From Phoronis australis (Eukaryota > Animalia > Phoronida): a DNA stretch of 64,000 bases. Where the stretch lies: assembly GCA_002633005.1 (NCBI GenBank), contig NMRA01000043.1:596476-660475 (forward strand), read 5' to 3'. Position 1 is the first letter of the stretch; each line of letters begins with the position of its first letter. Below, piece by piece: positions 28,901-43,201 of the stretch. The translations under genes and the position numbers were made by a program. The notes under the pieces were generated by a model. That model ran no database searches, was not told where the DNA came from, and was given only the letters and a program-made list of their open reading frames with translations.

Positions 28901-31900
28901 AAAGGGATGCCGCCAGGCTGCTCTAGTCATCGAGTCACGAGCGAGGATAATTGGCTTCGCTCATGCGGATATGATCAGCTGATTACAATCTAGCTAGCAG
29001 ACTGTACTTTTTATGGAGAAAGTTTTACGCAGTTTTTACTGTAATATTTGAAAAGAGGAGCGAAATCAAATATGAGTACAACTTTGAATTTTACAAATCG
29101 GCCCAGGATAAGAGATTTTGCAACACAGCAACACTCACGATTACTTTCATTCGGCGCGCACTAGGACCCAAGTTCTTTAGATTTTGGAACACATGCATTG
29201 CAATATTCAAAATACGTTTGATTATGAATCTTACAAGCTGTAAAACGACGTTGTTAATTTCATTGTGTTCATTCATTGTCATCCGTCAAATCGGCAATTT
29301 CCGAGATGTGATCTGCGGCGTGCGCGTATGTGTACAAAACACGTGATTGTTATGTTCCTGAGGTACGAAAATTAAGAAGGCTTTAACATGCCGTTATTAT
29401 TGACAGGGACACGATAAAACGAATTTGGATTTTGACTATAGTCTTGATACAGCGATCTGACTGACCACTGCGTCAGTGTCTCCGTTAGACCCAGAAATTT
29501 CACACAGCCCGGGTAGTTCATTTCGTCCCCAACATGTAGATCGAGCCTTGGACTATTAATACTCCACGGCAGAGCTAACGACAGTCGGCCTGTGCACACA
29601 AAATCTGTGAGTTAACCAGCACTCACCTTGCACGTTACAGCCGTTTAAGTGAAAAACAATCTAGTAAACGCCATTTTCTTGCATAATCCTCCGCCTTTTG
29701 TAACAAAAAAGTCTATCGTCGATGACCCGCACACGCACGCTCACTCACTCTCATACACAGACGACCTTCAAAACAAACGTCACGTGACAACAACATGTGT
29801 GTTCATCCAGAGATTTTTCTCTTGTTGTGGAGTACGATGTAGCGCACATTTGGACTTAATCGCAATTAATCTGGACTCCACATGAACTTTAAAAATTGTA
29901 AAACATCAGGAAGATTTCAGGTAATTTGTTGAGTCGAAACTATATTTTTATTCAAGAGTACAAGTTTTCCTATTGACGATGGCGATTCAGCGGCGACGCA
30001 TCAGTCGGCAAGTTTTCGCCCTGTGATGAGCACAATTTTTTGAAAAATTATCGTAATTTAACAACGGAAGTTCATAGCAATGCACCACAATTTTGTAGAA
30101 AGACTGTCATAGGCTAAAAATTCGTCACAAAGCGTAAATTTTATGAATCCTAGCTTCCGATTTTACCCGTTTGGGAAACCGGCTTTCAACTGCCGTAGGC
30201 TACAATAAGAATCCCCCCCCCGTGAAATGATTTTTTCTAAGCGTTTATTAGAGCCAATACAGTATACAGCTTTCCACCAAGGCTAGGTGATACTACGACA
30301 TTATTCTTTGTTGCATTAGTAACTGGTCTTGGCTAATATTATCATTTTATGGCCTGGTCATCCATTCAGCCAAAAGTAGTTCCAGAGGTGGCTTATCAGC
30401 CAATTATTCACGCATGCTGACTCACAATAGAAGCCTGATAAGAGTGAAGGTGGATAAATGCGGTGTTCCTACAGTTTCTTGTTTTAGTGGATGTGTTCAC
30501 GACATGGTTAGCATTGCTGTCCAGTCTTGAGTATGATTGTTGGTCAGTAACACAATTCAAGATTATTATGTTTTGGTGAGTTCTGACGCCTACCAAAAAC
30601 CGTTTTCTTAACGACTGGTGATCAGAATAATGGAGCTCGTGCTCTGTATTTAAGTGTACAAAAATATAAATGTCATTCGCATTGCTTAGTGTGGCTTAGG
30701 TTGAATCACAGTGTGCAAGCTTGAGTGAGCTGGCGTACTGTTTAAACTTGCCAATAAGGATTGTTCGAGGTTAAGTTGATGACTTGAGTGCATTATTATC
30801 TGTTACCTGTTGCCAGTCATAACAGGCCTCCTGTGTTACCAGAGACTTTTAGTCACCATCATCACATCCAAGCTGCATCACTCCACGTTGTTCCTTTAAA
30901 GTAAACACATAGTGTACTCCTTCTCTCGTGGTTGTCTTAACAACTTGAAGACTGTGTGTGTGTGTGTGCGTGCGTGCGTGCGCGCGTGTGCGTGTTTAGG
31001 GTTTTACTTAGGTGGAGTGACCAGGTTTTGTTCTTCAGATTCAAGTCACCAGTCCCTCAACGCAGTTCTTCCCATACCAATGGTTCTGACCCTGCACCAT
31101 CTGGTGGTCAAGTGAAGAAGTCTGATTCGTTGAACTTGTTTTTAAACAAGGGTAAGTGTTTAAGTACGAAAATGCAAAAAAACTAACTGAATGTAAGTTT
31201 CAATTACATCTCCCATATTTTTGAAAAAACATTCTGTTTTAAATGTAACCTAAATTCCAAATGTGGTAAAAGCATCTTTCTATTACAGATAACCAAAATT
31301 TTATCTGTTTGATTACTGCTTCTCAATATAAATCTGTCATGAAGTTAATTTTAAAAAAGTTAAATATCTGTTTCTTTTGCCTTGTTACATTTCAGTGGAA
31401 GAGGCATTTTATAGTTTGGTTTTCATACCCCTGACTGAAATTCATACAATGTTGTGTTTCATTTTAGTGGCTCGACTAGGCTATAACAGGCTGCTTGCTT
31501 TATGCAATAAGTTAGAGTTACCCAAAGATTTGGTAAGTTAGCAGGTATCATAATGGAAACTTAGTAACCTCACTTTCTACGCAATGCGCAATTTAATCAC
31601 CGGTACTTTTGATTAGACTTAATTTTCATAAGTTTCCAAATTACTTTTTAACTTTATGCAGGATGATATCGTCAAGTGTGTGTATTCAGACAAATATCTA
31701 TAAAACTGTAGATTTAACTCGGTAAAAGTTTTTTGAAATTAAAGAGCCTGTAAAGTCTTATTTATGATTCTTTGCCAATCTGTCATTTACAGTGTCTCAT
31801 GGCCATGTCTTTTTAGTAAAATTTACCAAAAAACAAGGGTACATTATTTGATAACAATTGTATGTTCAGTAAAATGATCAAATTTCTTTTGATGTAAGTA

Positions 31901-34900
31901 TTCATGATGAAATATCAAAAACACTTTTATTCAGTTTATTTTAAATTCTCATTTCGTTCCATGCAACTTTTAATTTTTGTCATGAAAATCATTAATGTCC
32001 TATTTTTGATAGCCACTCGTGCAAAAGTATAACATTTTAAAACTAATTTCTAGCAACGTATATGAGAACAGTGCTTCAACAGGCATGGTATGTGAAAGCT
32101 CAACAAAAATATTTTTTAAACAATTCCTGACGAAAGCACCATTTCGTAACATCTGCACGTCCACTACAGAGTAATTCATTTTCCCCTGTGAGGAAATATC
32201 AAGAAAAAATCACAAAATTGATTATTTTTGAAATATGCGTGAAGGAAAACCTCTGTAGAGTTTCTAATCTTCATGCCATTAATGATAAATATGCACATGC
32301 GCTCACAGTCATTGAACAAACTGCTGACTGACAGGATGGATGTTAACGACAGATTATCATGTGTGATAGCGATCCAAATCTGAGGTTGACAGCGCAGCAT
32401 GAGGCAAGCGATTTTCAAAAAAGAATTCCAAGTGCATTTTGGAATATATTTGAATACTACGATACCTTTATAACTAATTTGAAAAAGTTAAGGACCAATT
32501 ACCTCTTAATTCGATTGGCTGGTGCTTGAAGTTCCCATTGCGTTGTTTACATCAAAGACCAAGGATTCAAAGTTTTATATGAAACTGATGAGCCGTTTCT
32601 GAGATATGGTGTTCCCAAATTAGCCAAATTAAGACATTTCTAGGGTCCTACATAACCTCAAAGCATGACTCATACTCATCTGCTCTAACCTCCACGTTTG
32701 ATTAATGGCCCCTAAGAATGTTCACTTCAATGCGCTCGAACGTGGTTAAACTTCCATGCAGCGCTCGTTGGGTTAAACAAAAGTGACGAAGTTCAAAGTC
32801 AAACAAGATAGGGGTGTTGCATCTTCCCATTCAAACTATGGGTGACCTCTGTTTGCATAATTAGAAATGCTAACTCATTGCATTAAAGGACTTCTAAATA
32901 AAGAGTTCCACCACAAACATGATCCAAAACAAAAGTCTTCAAGAGATGGCGCTGCTGTTTGGGGCCTTTAAGTCCCCTGATTTCATTAACATTTCTTTTA
33001 TAAAAAGCCCATGCTCAGCTTAGTGCCTCCTGATTGTTTTAGTTTTCAATCTAAATGTCTGAATGTTAAGCCTGCCAACTATGTGCAAGGTAATAGTTTT
33101 CCTCTTGCAGTAAAATTTCTTCAGTTTGGGGACACAGTATGGCGGACAGGTGAAATTTCATTTTGTCGTTCTCAACAAAAAATAAACTTTCAGGACAATT
33201 TACTTTACATTTAGCAAGGTTTGTGTGGCGTAGCTATTACCAAACAACATGTAAAATTTTGAGCATTTGCAACAATGCTGTATTAAGCCACTAAAAATAG
33301 AAACGTGACAATTTTTGCAATAATTTTTAACCCAATTTGGAGAATTTCTGCCATAGTTGTACTGTTGTAACAGTTCCTAATTATTAGGAATTACCTTCAA
33401 AGCAGTGTGCCTATTAGCATGTTTCACTGCTCATAATTTGGAATACTAGTGAGAGCCAGTGTTTAGTACCATACCTAGATTGTTGCGAAAAGGCACCTGA
33501 CAAAGCCCTTTATTCATTCACCTTTTCATATTATTCTCAGATTCACAAGATCTGGACATGCTTTGAATATTGCTTCAGTCACCGACCTGATCTCATGAGG
33601 AACAGACATCTAGATCAGGTGATCACCTTATAAAGTCTTTGTCTTAGTCCAGATTTTTGTTACATGTAATATGTGTCTCCGCTGCCATGCAAGCATGCTC
33701 TGTAAAAAACCTTTCTATCTAGACTTATGGTCTCGACATGGTCCATATTCTGATTATGTGCGTTTCACAGCTTGAAAAGAACTGTCACTTCATTACTGCT
33801 TGAGACCATGCGTGGCGCATAAAATGGCCCACTGTGACTAGTGAGCTTGTTGAGCTAAGAATCAAGTACTAAGAACTACTAGGCATTTCCAAGCCTAGAA
33901 ACTGTCAATTCAAGTGGGGACCGAGTTGAGACTAATTTTATAAGTGGTCTAATTTAGTTTTTTTTTTGATGGAAGCAGGGCTTGGAATTTTCCGCGGAAA
34001 CGCGGATTTCCGCTTTTTTCAAATGTGCTTTCCGCTTTTTTTATAATATTTCCGCGTAAAAAAATCGGATTTGATATAAAATTCCCGCGGCAAATTCCTT
34101 TCTTACCGCGGCGTTGCAGACGACGTTCACCTCAAAAAGCGGAAGTTGCTCTTTATGTTCGGAGGAACGTAAATTGTCAACATTGCCGGGGCATCTGGGA
34201 TAGCGTGGTGTGATTTTCAATAGCGTCTCGTGTTATTGTTAAGCGCGGCGACAAATACTACCGCTGTGTAGCCAAAAATGTGTGGGTTGGGAGTAGACGG
34301 GCGAGCTAAAAGGACGCAGACGCATGCTACTGATGGTGGTAACGTTTTTATTATTTTTTTTTAGTCCTCCCGTTTTTTGTCGGGGAAAGGTTCACATTGA
34401 CCAGTTCTAGGCTGGTTATCAGGCGATGATTTGGGCCGCAAAAGTTTCAAAGTTTCCGCGTTTTTTGTCATTGGTCATTCCAAGCCCTGTGGAAGGTGGG
34501 TTTGTTGTTTCAACATTAGCCCATACTTACATGTGGGTGCATATTGCCATCATCTCTATCTGGGAATCCTGCGTCTGGCGTCTGCAGCTGTATCTCCTAA
34601 ACCCCTCGTAGTATCTTGATGAGATTTGGTAGATGTGCTCATGTGAAGGGACTACCAGTGTGACCACTAATGACAATTTTAGTTTTTCACATTTGTCTCT
34701 GTATCTTCGGAGTTCCTCAATGGCATATAGGCATCTATTAGTGAGATGACACTATCCTCTTTTTTTCAGATGGATTTGACATATTTTGTGCCACCTGGTG
34801 ACCAAATTTACTGTTTTCGAGTTTGTGTTTTTGGCATCCGCACCTCTATCAACCAAACCACTTTAAGGATGATTGTGAAAATTGACGTATATGTTCTTAC

Positions 34901-37900
34901 TGTGAGGAGGGCAGATGACGATGATTTTCGGACGACTTTGTCTACTGTGGTGCCTCCTAGTGGCAGTTTTGTTTATTTTTGCCCCCATGGCTGTATCTCC
35001 TAAACGCTCTGCAGGATCTTAATTAAATTTAGCTAGTGTATTTATATGAAGTTGACAACAGCCGACAACTTTCAGATGGATCGGACTAGTGGTGTGCCCC
35101 TTAGTGACAATTATAATTTTTTACGTTTACCTCTGTATCTTCAAAGGTCTTCAACAGATTTTCATGAAGTTTGGCTGATCGGCATCTATTAGTGAGATGA
35201 CAGTATCGGATGGATTCGAGGTATTTTGTGCCATCTAGTGGCCATGTTTACTGTTTTCAAGTCTGTTTGCCCTCTGTCAACCAAACCACTCGAAGGATGA
35301 TTGTGGAAATTTGCATATATGACCCTACTGTGAAGAGGACAACTGATAATAATTTTCCAACAACTTCGACTACTGTGGCGCCTCCTAGTAGCAGTTTTTT
35401 ATGCCCATGGTCGTATCTTCTAAACGGTCTGCAGGATCTTAATCAAGTTTAACTAGTGTATTTATATGTAGTTGACAACAGACGACGACAACTTTTTGAC
35501 GGATGGAACTTCTTGTGTTTCCCTTAATGGCAATTTTAATTTTTTATGTTTACCTCTGTATCTTCAAAGGTCTTCAATGATTTTCATGAAATTTGAAGGA
35601 TATTTATTAAATTTATGATACAAATAAACACCCCTGGGTGCACACTGTTTGCAGTGCAGTCATGAGCGCATTTCAACGCTCTGCGTTGTTCTTGTTTTAG
35701 ATATTGTGATTGAAGTTTGAACTCGATGTTTAAAATTTGAGAATGACAACTCTATACAGTTTTAGAGTGTATGGGACCTACTACACTCATGACATCAGGG
35801 CCCGGGGTCTAATCTTAGTACACGAAATCAAACTCAAAATTATTTTTGGCGTATTCTGTTCAACTTTCATGCCAATTCATGGTAAATGTCTATTGTAGTG
35901 TCGTTGAGTACTGTGTGGTATATGTGATTCACTGTAAAATCCTATTTTACACTAGTTGACCCCAACATTAAAGTTAGAATTTCAGATCTGACCTCAAAAT
36001 CTCGTTTTTACTCGAGTTCGCAACTAGTATCTAGGGGTCATTAAATGCAAACTTAAAGAATAATAGACTCTTATCTTGAATTTGCACAACAGTAGTATGG
36101 AAAGTGTCAAATATATTTTAAAGTTCAATTTCGAGTACAAAGATTAGACCTGCTGTGACTGCTACAAGAACATAAAATACAGTTGATTCATAAACTTTAT
36201 TTAGTTATTACACTTTTTGAAACCCAATTCATTGTAAAGAGTTCCTGAGTGTTGTTTTATAGTGGTGTTCTTGTTGTTGAGTATTGTATTTTATGGAGGT
36301 GTTCTTGTTGTTGAGATTGTATTTTATGGAGGTGTTCTTGTTGTTGAGATTGTATTTTATGGAGGTGTTCTTGTTGTTGAGTATTGTGTTTTATAGTGAT
36401 GTTCTTGTTGTTGAGTATTGTGTTTTATGGAGGTGTTCTTGTTGTTGAGATTGTATTTTATGGAGGTGTTCTTGTTGTTGAGATTGTATTTTATGGAGGT
36501 GTTCTTGTTGTTGAGATTGTATTTTATAATGACATTCTTGTTGTTGAGTTTTATGTTCCATTGTTGAGTATTGTGTGTTTCATAATTGTGTTCTGTTATT
36601 AAGTATTTTGTTTCATAATGGTGTTCTTGCAGATAATGCTGTGTTCTATCTACGGCATTTGTAAAGTTGTTGAACACGAGGTCACCTTTAAAGAGATAGT
36701 GTCATACTACAAGCAACAGTTCCCTAATGTACCATCTGATGTAAGTACTGCCTGCGTGGACACAAGTTTATTTCTTTGACTCAGTTCTGTAAGGTTTATT
36801 AAGGAAATGCCAACCAGTACTGCCTGGTTGGATCTGAGATCACAAATGAGAATTTTTATTTTCCTGCGTCTTTCAGTAAGTGAAAAAACAAAAAGTGTCT
36901 TGAAGTGTTAAAAGATATTGCAGAGCAGATATTGTAGATTGTTTTGCAAAGCCATTTTGAGTGATGTGAGAAGCTGTTTGAAAAGTCTTGAGGTAGAAAT
37001 GCTCAAACAAGAACGTGTTAAAGAACACTATTTTGTATATGTGTCAGATGCATGAAAAACGTCATGTAACCAGATTTGTCACATTGTTTGGGTAAAATGC
37101 ATTCAACATTTGTTGTATACCAGGTGTTCTGCAACCATGTCCCCAAAATATAGGCTCATCGGCCTAGCTTTTTTTCCAAATACAGCCCCAATTAAGATAA
37201 AAACTGAATCAGTGGTCATCACAAAATCTCGTAATTATGAATATTTGTCCTCATTCTATGTTGATGTCGTTGGCACGCCTTCTGCTTTCATGTTACCTCA
37301 ACGTGGTATGTCGAAGAAAGGCTTTGTCAACTAGTAGTATATATTTTGGAAGAAAAAGATCACGGATTATAAAAATATGCTTTATAATTATGTGCCATTC
37401 ATTATTACCATTGCAATAAAACTTTTTTGAAGTCAAATTTCATTTTTAAAAAATGTACATTCATAGCAAAATAACCTCTTAGTCGATTTCAATGAAACCT
37501 ATTTTAAGTGAAAACTTACCGGTAACCTCAAAAATGCTGTTGGGAATTTTTATTAGTCTTAGTTTGGTTTCTTTGACAAATCAACTTGCGAAATGTTAAG
37601 TATTTTTGTAAAAAATAGCAGTTGTATTTGTCTTTGTTACATAACACAAAAACTATACTGAAAATCCTTACCGCATTTTTGAGATTGATGAATAAATATT
37701 AAGTTTGGAAAGTTTCAATGAAATCCACGGAGCCATTTTCGAGAATTCATGTTCCTTAAAGTTCAAGTTAAGTCAATTTGTCGAACTCAAAAAAACTCAA
37801 ATAAGTAGTGAGACTGGAAAATCTCGAGGTCGTCAATTAATTATTCGGTGAAAATTTGTTTTCGGTCAGTATAGCCTATACATACCTTAACCATGTTTGC

Positions 37901-40900
37901 TATTTCAACATTCACTGGCAATGTCCAGTGAATTTTTAGTGCCTAATTAACTTAATTATCGCAAAAATGTTTTTATCTTGTGACCATTTCCAGTCCTACT
38001 TAAAAGTAGGTCAACAGTTCATAGATATACACACCACGCACTAGGAGACTGATATGAAACCAAGTACGAAATGAACAACAGAAATGAAGTCGGTGGTTAA
38101 TGTGCGTTGCGAGCATGAGATCAAAACAGCAAAATGTCAAATTACCTATGTGAATTTGGGTGAGGATTTATCTCTTTTCATTACTTGATGTGTTCGTGAA
38201 CACAAGGTCACAGAGGTATGCAGTGACTCGGAGCATTCATTCTCAACGGTTGTATGTATGCAGACATACAACTCCATCAGGATCAAAACTACGTTTTGTC
38301 TTCGTTTTCCCCGCTATCTTGCTATCATATGTACCCATCACTCACTCAGTATTATGGCAACTTGGGGAATGAAAGGACTCAGAGGATGCACATGGAGCTG
38401 CTCTATGCCTCGTGGGAGATTCAATTTGAGTGACAGCACTGTAACCTTTGACCTCGGATAAGTAGGAAACAAGTTTCCAAGTGGTTGTGCGGTTTGAAGG
38501 TGGTTCTGCTAAATTTTTTTCTAGCTACACTGTATATATTTCGTATTTGAAGTTTCTCAAGAATGAAGATAAGGTATTTCGCTAGACATATGTGAAATAT
38601 TGCAAGACTGGACAATTTTTGTGAATAAGGTTTGAGGTATCCTTAAATAGGACTCTTTTCCAAAATTACATTTTTGCATATATTTGAGATATTAGAAACT
38701 AGGTAAAAATATTCCATTTCCAAATATTTGTCTTTTTATTAAAGAGTTTTTTAATTGCATTGTTTTTTAATTGGTTCAACTAAAAAGTCTAACTGACAGT
38801 TGTTGTTTACATTTGTCAAGTCATTTCAAATTGTTTCCCAGGTGTATAAAGATGTACTTGTCGATGGGGACCGTTATGGCACTATCATTATGTTCTACAA
38901 CGATGTCTTCATGAACCGCACCAAGTCATTCATCCTGCAGTTCTCGCCAACACGCCAGAACAAAGCCGTGAGTGCTTTTATTTAAACTGTGTCATGGACA
39001 ATGTACATATTTTACTCCTGTCATTGAGTTGAACAGTAATGAGCAAGCTGACTATGTATATTTTGGAGCTATGGACGAATTCCAGCTGTGTAATTTAGTA
39101 GCTGTGGACTGTCAAAAGTGTATTCGCTTGTACAGTAGTTTTGAATTGCAGCAGAAGAAGAGAAGAGTTGTAAATATATTTTGTATCAAGACTGCAACTG
39201 AATGGTGAACAGCATTTTGGAAGCCATGAACCATTGTCGGATAACTCTGATAGCAAATTGCAGTTTTATCTACTACCTAGTAGTCGGCATTAAACATTAC
39301 GTCGGTGGTCTCTTGGCTTTCTTAGATCTGCCTTTAGTTTAGTCAGTAAAATGAGAGACCAAAGGAAATTTCCATTGTAATCATAAGACGCTGGCTCTGT
39401 TTCGATTGGGTTGTGGGTTTCCTACCGTGTGCTGCATTCACACTCTCTGCTTGTATGCCCCTCTTTCCGCTGCCACGTGTATTTCACTGTTTATTTCGCT
39501 TTATATATGTTCATTCCACTTATTGCCTTATGATGAGACATGTAGTCTCGAAATATAGCTAGTGTTTTAATTTGTTTGTTTGTTAAGTCCCTTGGTGTTT
39601 TGCTATATAGCTGCACACCTGAAGAAAAAAGGTTGTTTTGACACTACAAGAAACTCAGACATACAGTTTAGTCGTGTTTTCAATGATTGAAGTTTGTGCT
39701 AACGAAGGGCTGCTGCCAAGCTATATTGTTTAGACTCATGCTGATCCAGTTTTGCGTCTTAATGTCATGTAAATGCAACCAAAGTGAAGCAAGTCACAGC
39801 GACAACTGTTCCCCATGTAAAAACAGCTTTTGGTTGATGCAGTTGCACATTGATCTACTTACATAATCTCAAAAGTAAACTGTGCTGCTTCCTTTATTAA
39901 GGGTAGTACTTAGAGGGACTGGGGGCAAGTGGAGCGCCCTCTTGAGGAACTGTTATTTGTCTAGTGAATATTACTGCTGCAGTGAAAACTGCCTGATGCT
40001 GACTAAAAAGTTGTCACATCAATGATTTTGAAACCAGTGAGACCTTAGTAAAATACAAATTACTTTGTTTCAGAAACCAGTATTATCGCCAGCGCCAAAA
40101 AGTGTGCCCTCACCTTTGACGAATTCCCCTGTCTACACGTGAGTAAATCAGCTGGGCTCTGACTTGGTAGCACCAGACCTGTGTACCATACGCAAAAAAT
40201 GCGGATTCGTACGGAAATCAAGCCTCCAGTACGCAAGTACGCACGGCCAGGCAAAAATACGCAGATTCAGCAAATTCAAAATAGATTATTAATTCGCTTG
40301 TTTCTCAATAAATACGCCGATTTGTAGTCTAAACGGACGAGGAAGAAGATTTTAAAGTTACAAATTAAAAAAAAATATTGTAAAATCATTATTTTAGCCA
40401 AAAAGTTGAGCTACAAACTCTGAAAACTTGCTTCGTTTCATTCTCGAAATAGCCTGATAATCGGCGTATCGCGAGGCCTCTTCTACCGGTATGCGTGTCG
40501 CAGGCCTAACCGATCAGCAACGACTTCTGTGATTTGTGGATTGCTTACTTCGTCTAATTCCGGCTATTTACGGCTAAATACGTATTGTTAACAAAATGGC
40601 AAAGCATGAGTGGTCGCATATTCCGTGCATTTGAGAAACCAAAAGTCTGACAAAAGAAGACAAAAGTCGAGACAAGTATTCGGGGAAAGCTATGAACGTT
40701 GAACAAACCCCTTGTTTTTTTTGTTTTTTTTTTTTACTTTTAGTGAAAGGTCAACTGTGAAAAATTCAAACCCCCCCATATTTTAGGGTAAATTTGGTAT
40801 CTACGCGAAAATTTGCGAATTTACTGAAAAATCTGCAAATCTGGTGTTCGGAGTACTCCAATGGAGTTTTGGTGGTACGCAGGTCTGTAGCACCATCTTT

Positions 40901-43163
40901 CACCACTTTCTTGATATGCTCAGCTGACTGGGATGTTTAAAACCTGATTTCAGTCAATCACTATTTAAGGTTATGCAGGACCTCATTGAGAAGTTTGCAT
41001 ATTTATCAAATATAAATAACTTAATATAGGTTTTAAAACTTTCTGAAAGTAGAAAGCCTGTAGAATTAAATTTTTCACATTCACCAATCTGGCATTGTTT
41101 TTTGATAGCTCCTCATGTCATGGTGGACTATTTTAAGGTAGGTGTATACACTGATCAAATCTCCAGGTTCCTAACTAAAATGAGTAAAAAGGGAGTTTTA
41201 ACTAGTTAGATATGACACTGAAAGTGACAAAAATCGAAAAAAAAAGTTTTTTTTTGTATTTCGTTTTTTTAAAAAATCGTATTTTTTAATTTTCAAAAAA
41301 TCCAATTTTACCTCTAATTTTATTTCAAAATGCGCAGGGATCATCATCAACTGTTTCCCTACGCAATATTCTACTTATCCATACCAAATATATGTACAAA
41401 ATCATTATGATGTTGATTTTGTGGCATTTTTTGTGTGTGAGTTGGGGCAAGCACGCCCCTTTTTGTCATTNCCTGTTTGTTTACAGCGTAATTTTAATCA
41501 TTTTTTCGAACTTGTGAAGCACGACAGACGACCAAAACAAATATGGCTGTCACGTGGGCGGAGCTTAGCGTTGATCTATTGTCTGCTGTACTGGTGTGCC
41601 GACCACACATTAAAACCATGTGCTGATTGTTTACACGATTCATCTGAACTCTCCACTCAGTTTGTAAAAGACTCTCTAACTATATTACACAGACCTATTT
41701 GTTAGTATTCCAATATTATCATCAACCAATATATGTGATATATCAAATCGCCGCGTTACTGCCTACATAACAATGTTGGCGACGAGGATAAAGAACTACT
41801 TTCATAGTAATGGTTCAACATTTTTACGTGTTTTTACCGAATGGACTTTGGGATAAGAAAATATCACTTTCTGCGCAAATAGCGCCGCTTGGGTGAGATT
41901 CTCAAGTTACTAAAGTTTCTTATATTGCTTTCCTCTAAAATCGTATAATATCATGAGTTTTAATTCATTGTTACATTTGAATCTATGCACTAGAAAAATT
42001 TTTGTTATGTTGAACACTGGGTCATTTCTCTAATTCTTTGGGTTACGGCCAGTGGCAAGTTAAAAATCCTCTGGGTTTGACAGCCTAGTTTCTCCACGGA
42101 GCGTTACCAGCACAGAAGCACGGTTTATCTGCGAAGACTCTATTCTGACGGCATGTAGTTGTCCATGTGTCGCGCGCAGGGCTTGTCTTCACAGCGCTTG
42201 CATGCACTCTCACCGAATCGTGCAACACCACCCACGTCGACACTCAGCGTCCTCTTGCAAGACACCTGACCTTATATACTTTTCTTATACATGCACAATT
42301 TTTGCACGGACTCCTCGAGCTGAGTGCAGTGATGGCTTCGTTAGGGCTTGGCGTACTCAACTTAATTTTTTTGCAGATAGACAAACAGGCTCAGGAACAG
42401 GAGCTAGTTCACCATTTCACTACCAACTTTCACATGGTCAAAAATAGAATTGTTTTAGTTTTGGTCTTGCTACAACACCAATATCAGCTGGTACATCACT
42501 CTCGATTGCCCGGTTCCGCAATGCTTGTTGACAGGGTTAGATTAGAGCCAGTGTCCTTGTATATAAGCTCCGCCCCAGTTGTCAATCACTGAGCTGGTGA
42601 GCACTCAAGCCATATGACTTACTGAGGCTTGGTCAAATATAGCTAAAAAAACAACTTTGGATTTTCAGAATGATTTTATTTTTCTTCAGTGTACTGTGCA
42701 TCAAGAATTAAAGATTAGGATGACATAAAAATGTAAAAAACAGTCAAAATTAATTTTTTTGTGTATCCACCTACCTTAAAAACAATTACTAACAGTGTTC
42801 TGGAAAATAGTGCATGAAGCATGATATCTGAAAGGTTCATATGAATCTGTTCAGCTCTTTCTCAGATATGGTGTTGCAAACTTAGCCAAATTTCGTCATT
42901 TTTCTCTTATCCTACGTAATCTTCATGTTTTATGTATTATCTCCCACCTAGGCTGCCAGGAAGGAAGAACTTTTTCGTCTCGCCTATGAAAGAATCTCCG
43001 TTCAAAGCTCCCCCACCTGCATCACCAAGCCACATGACACCACGCACTCGTCAGCTTTACAGCTTTGGTGACACCATTGGAGTAAGTTGGAAAATAGATG
43101 TTCAAGAGAAGAGTTATATGTGCATGGATGTGTGTGTGTGTTCAGAAGTGTTATATGTGCGTA

Positions 43164-43201
<38 letters not shown>

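Noticed and set aside
28803-30406. Probable DNA-transposon insertion in RB1 intron (also ~36800-38642)
   Set aside because: CpG-rich and repeat-like, but termini and TSD could not be defined convincingly
36357-36677. Repetitive Asn/Lys-rich and hydrophobic ORFs
   Set aside because: Translation of the 33-bp minisatellite
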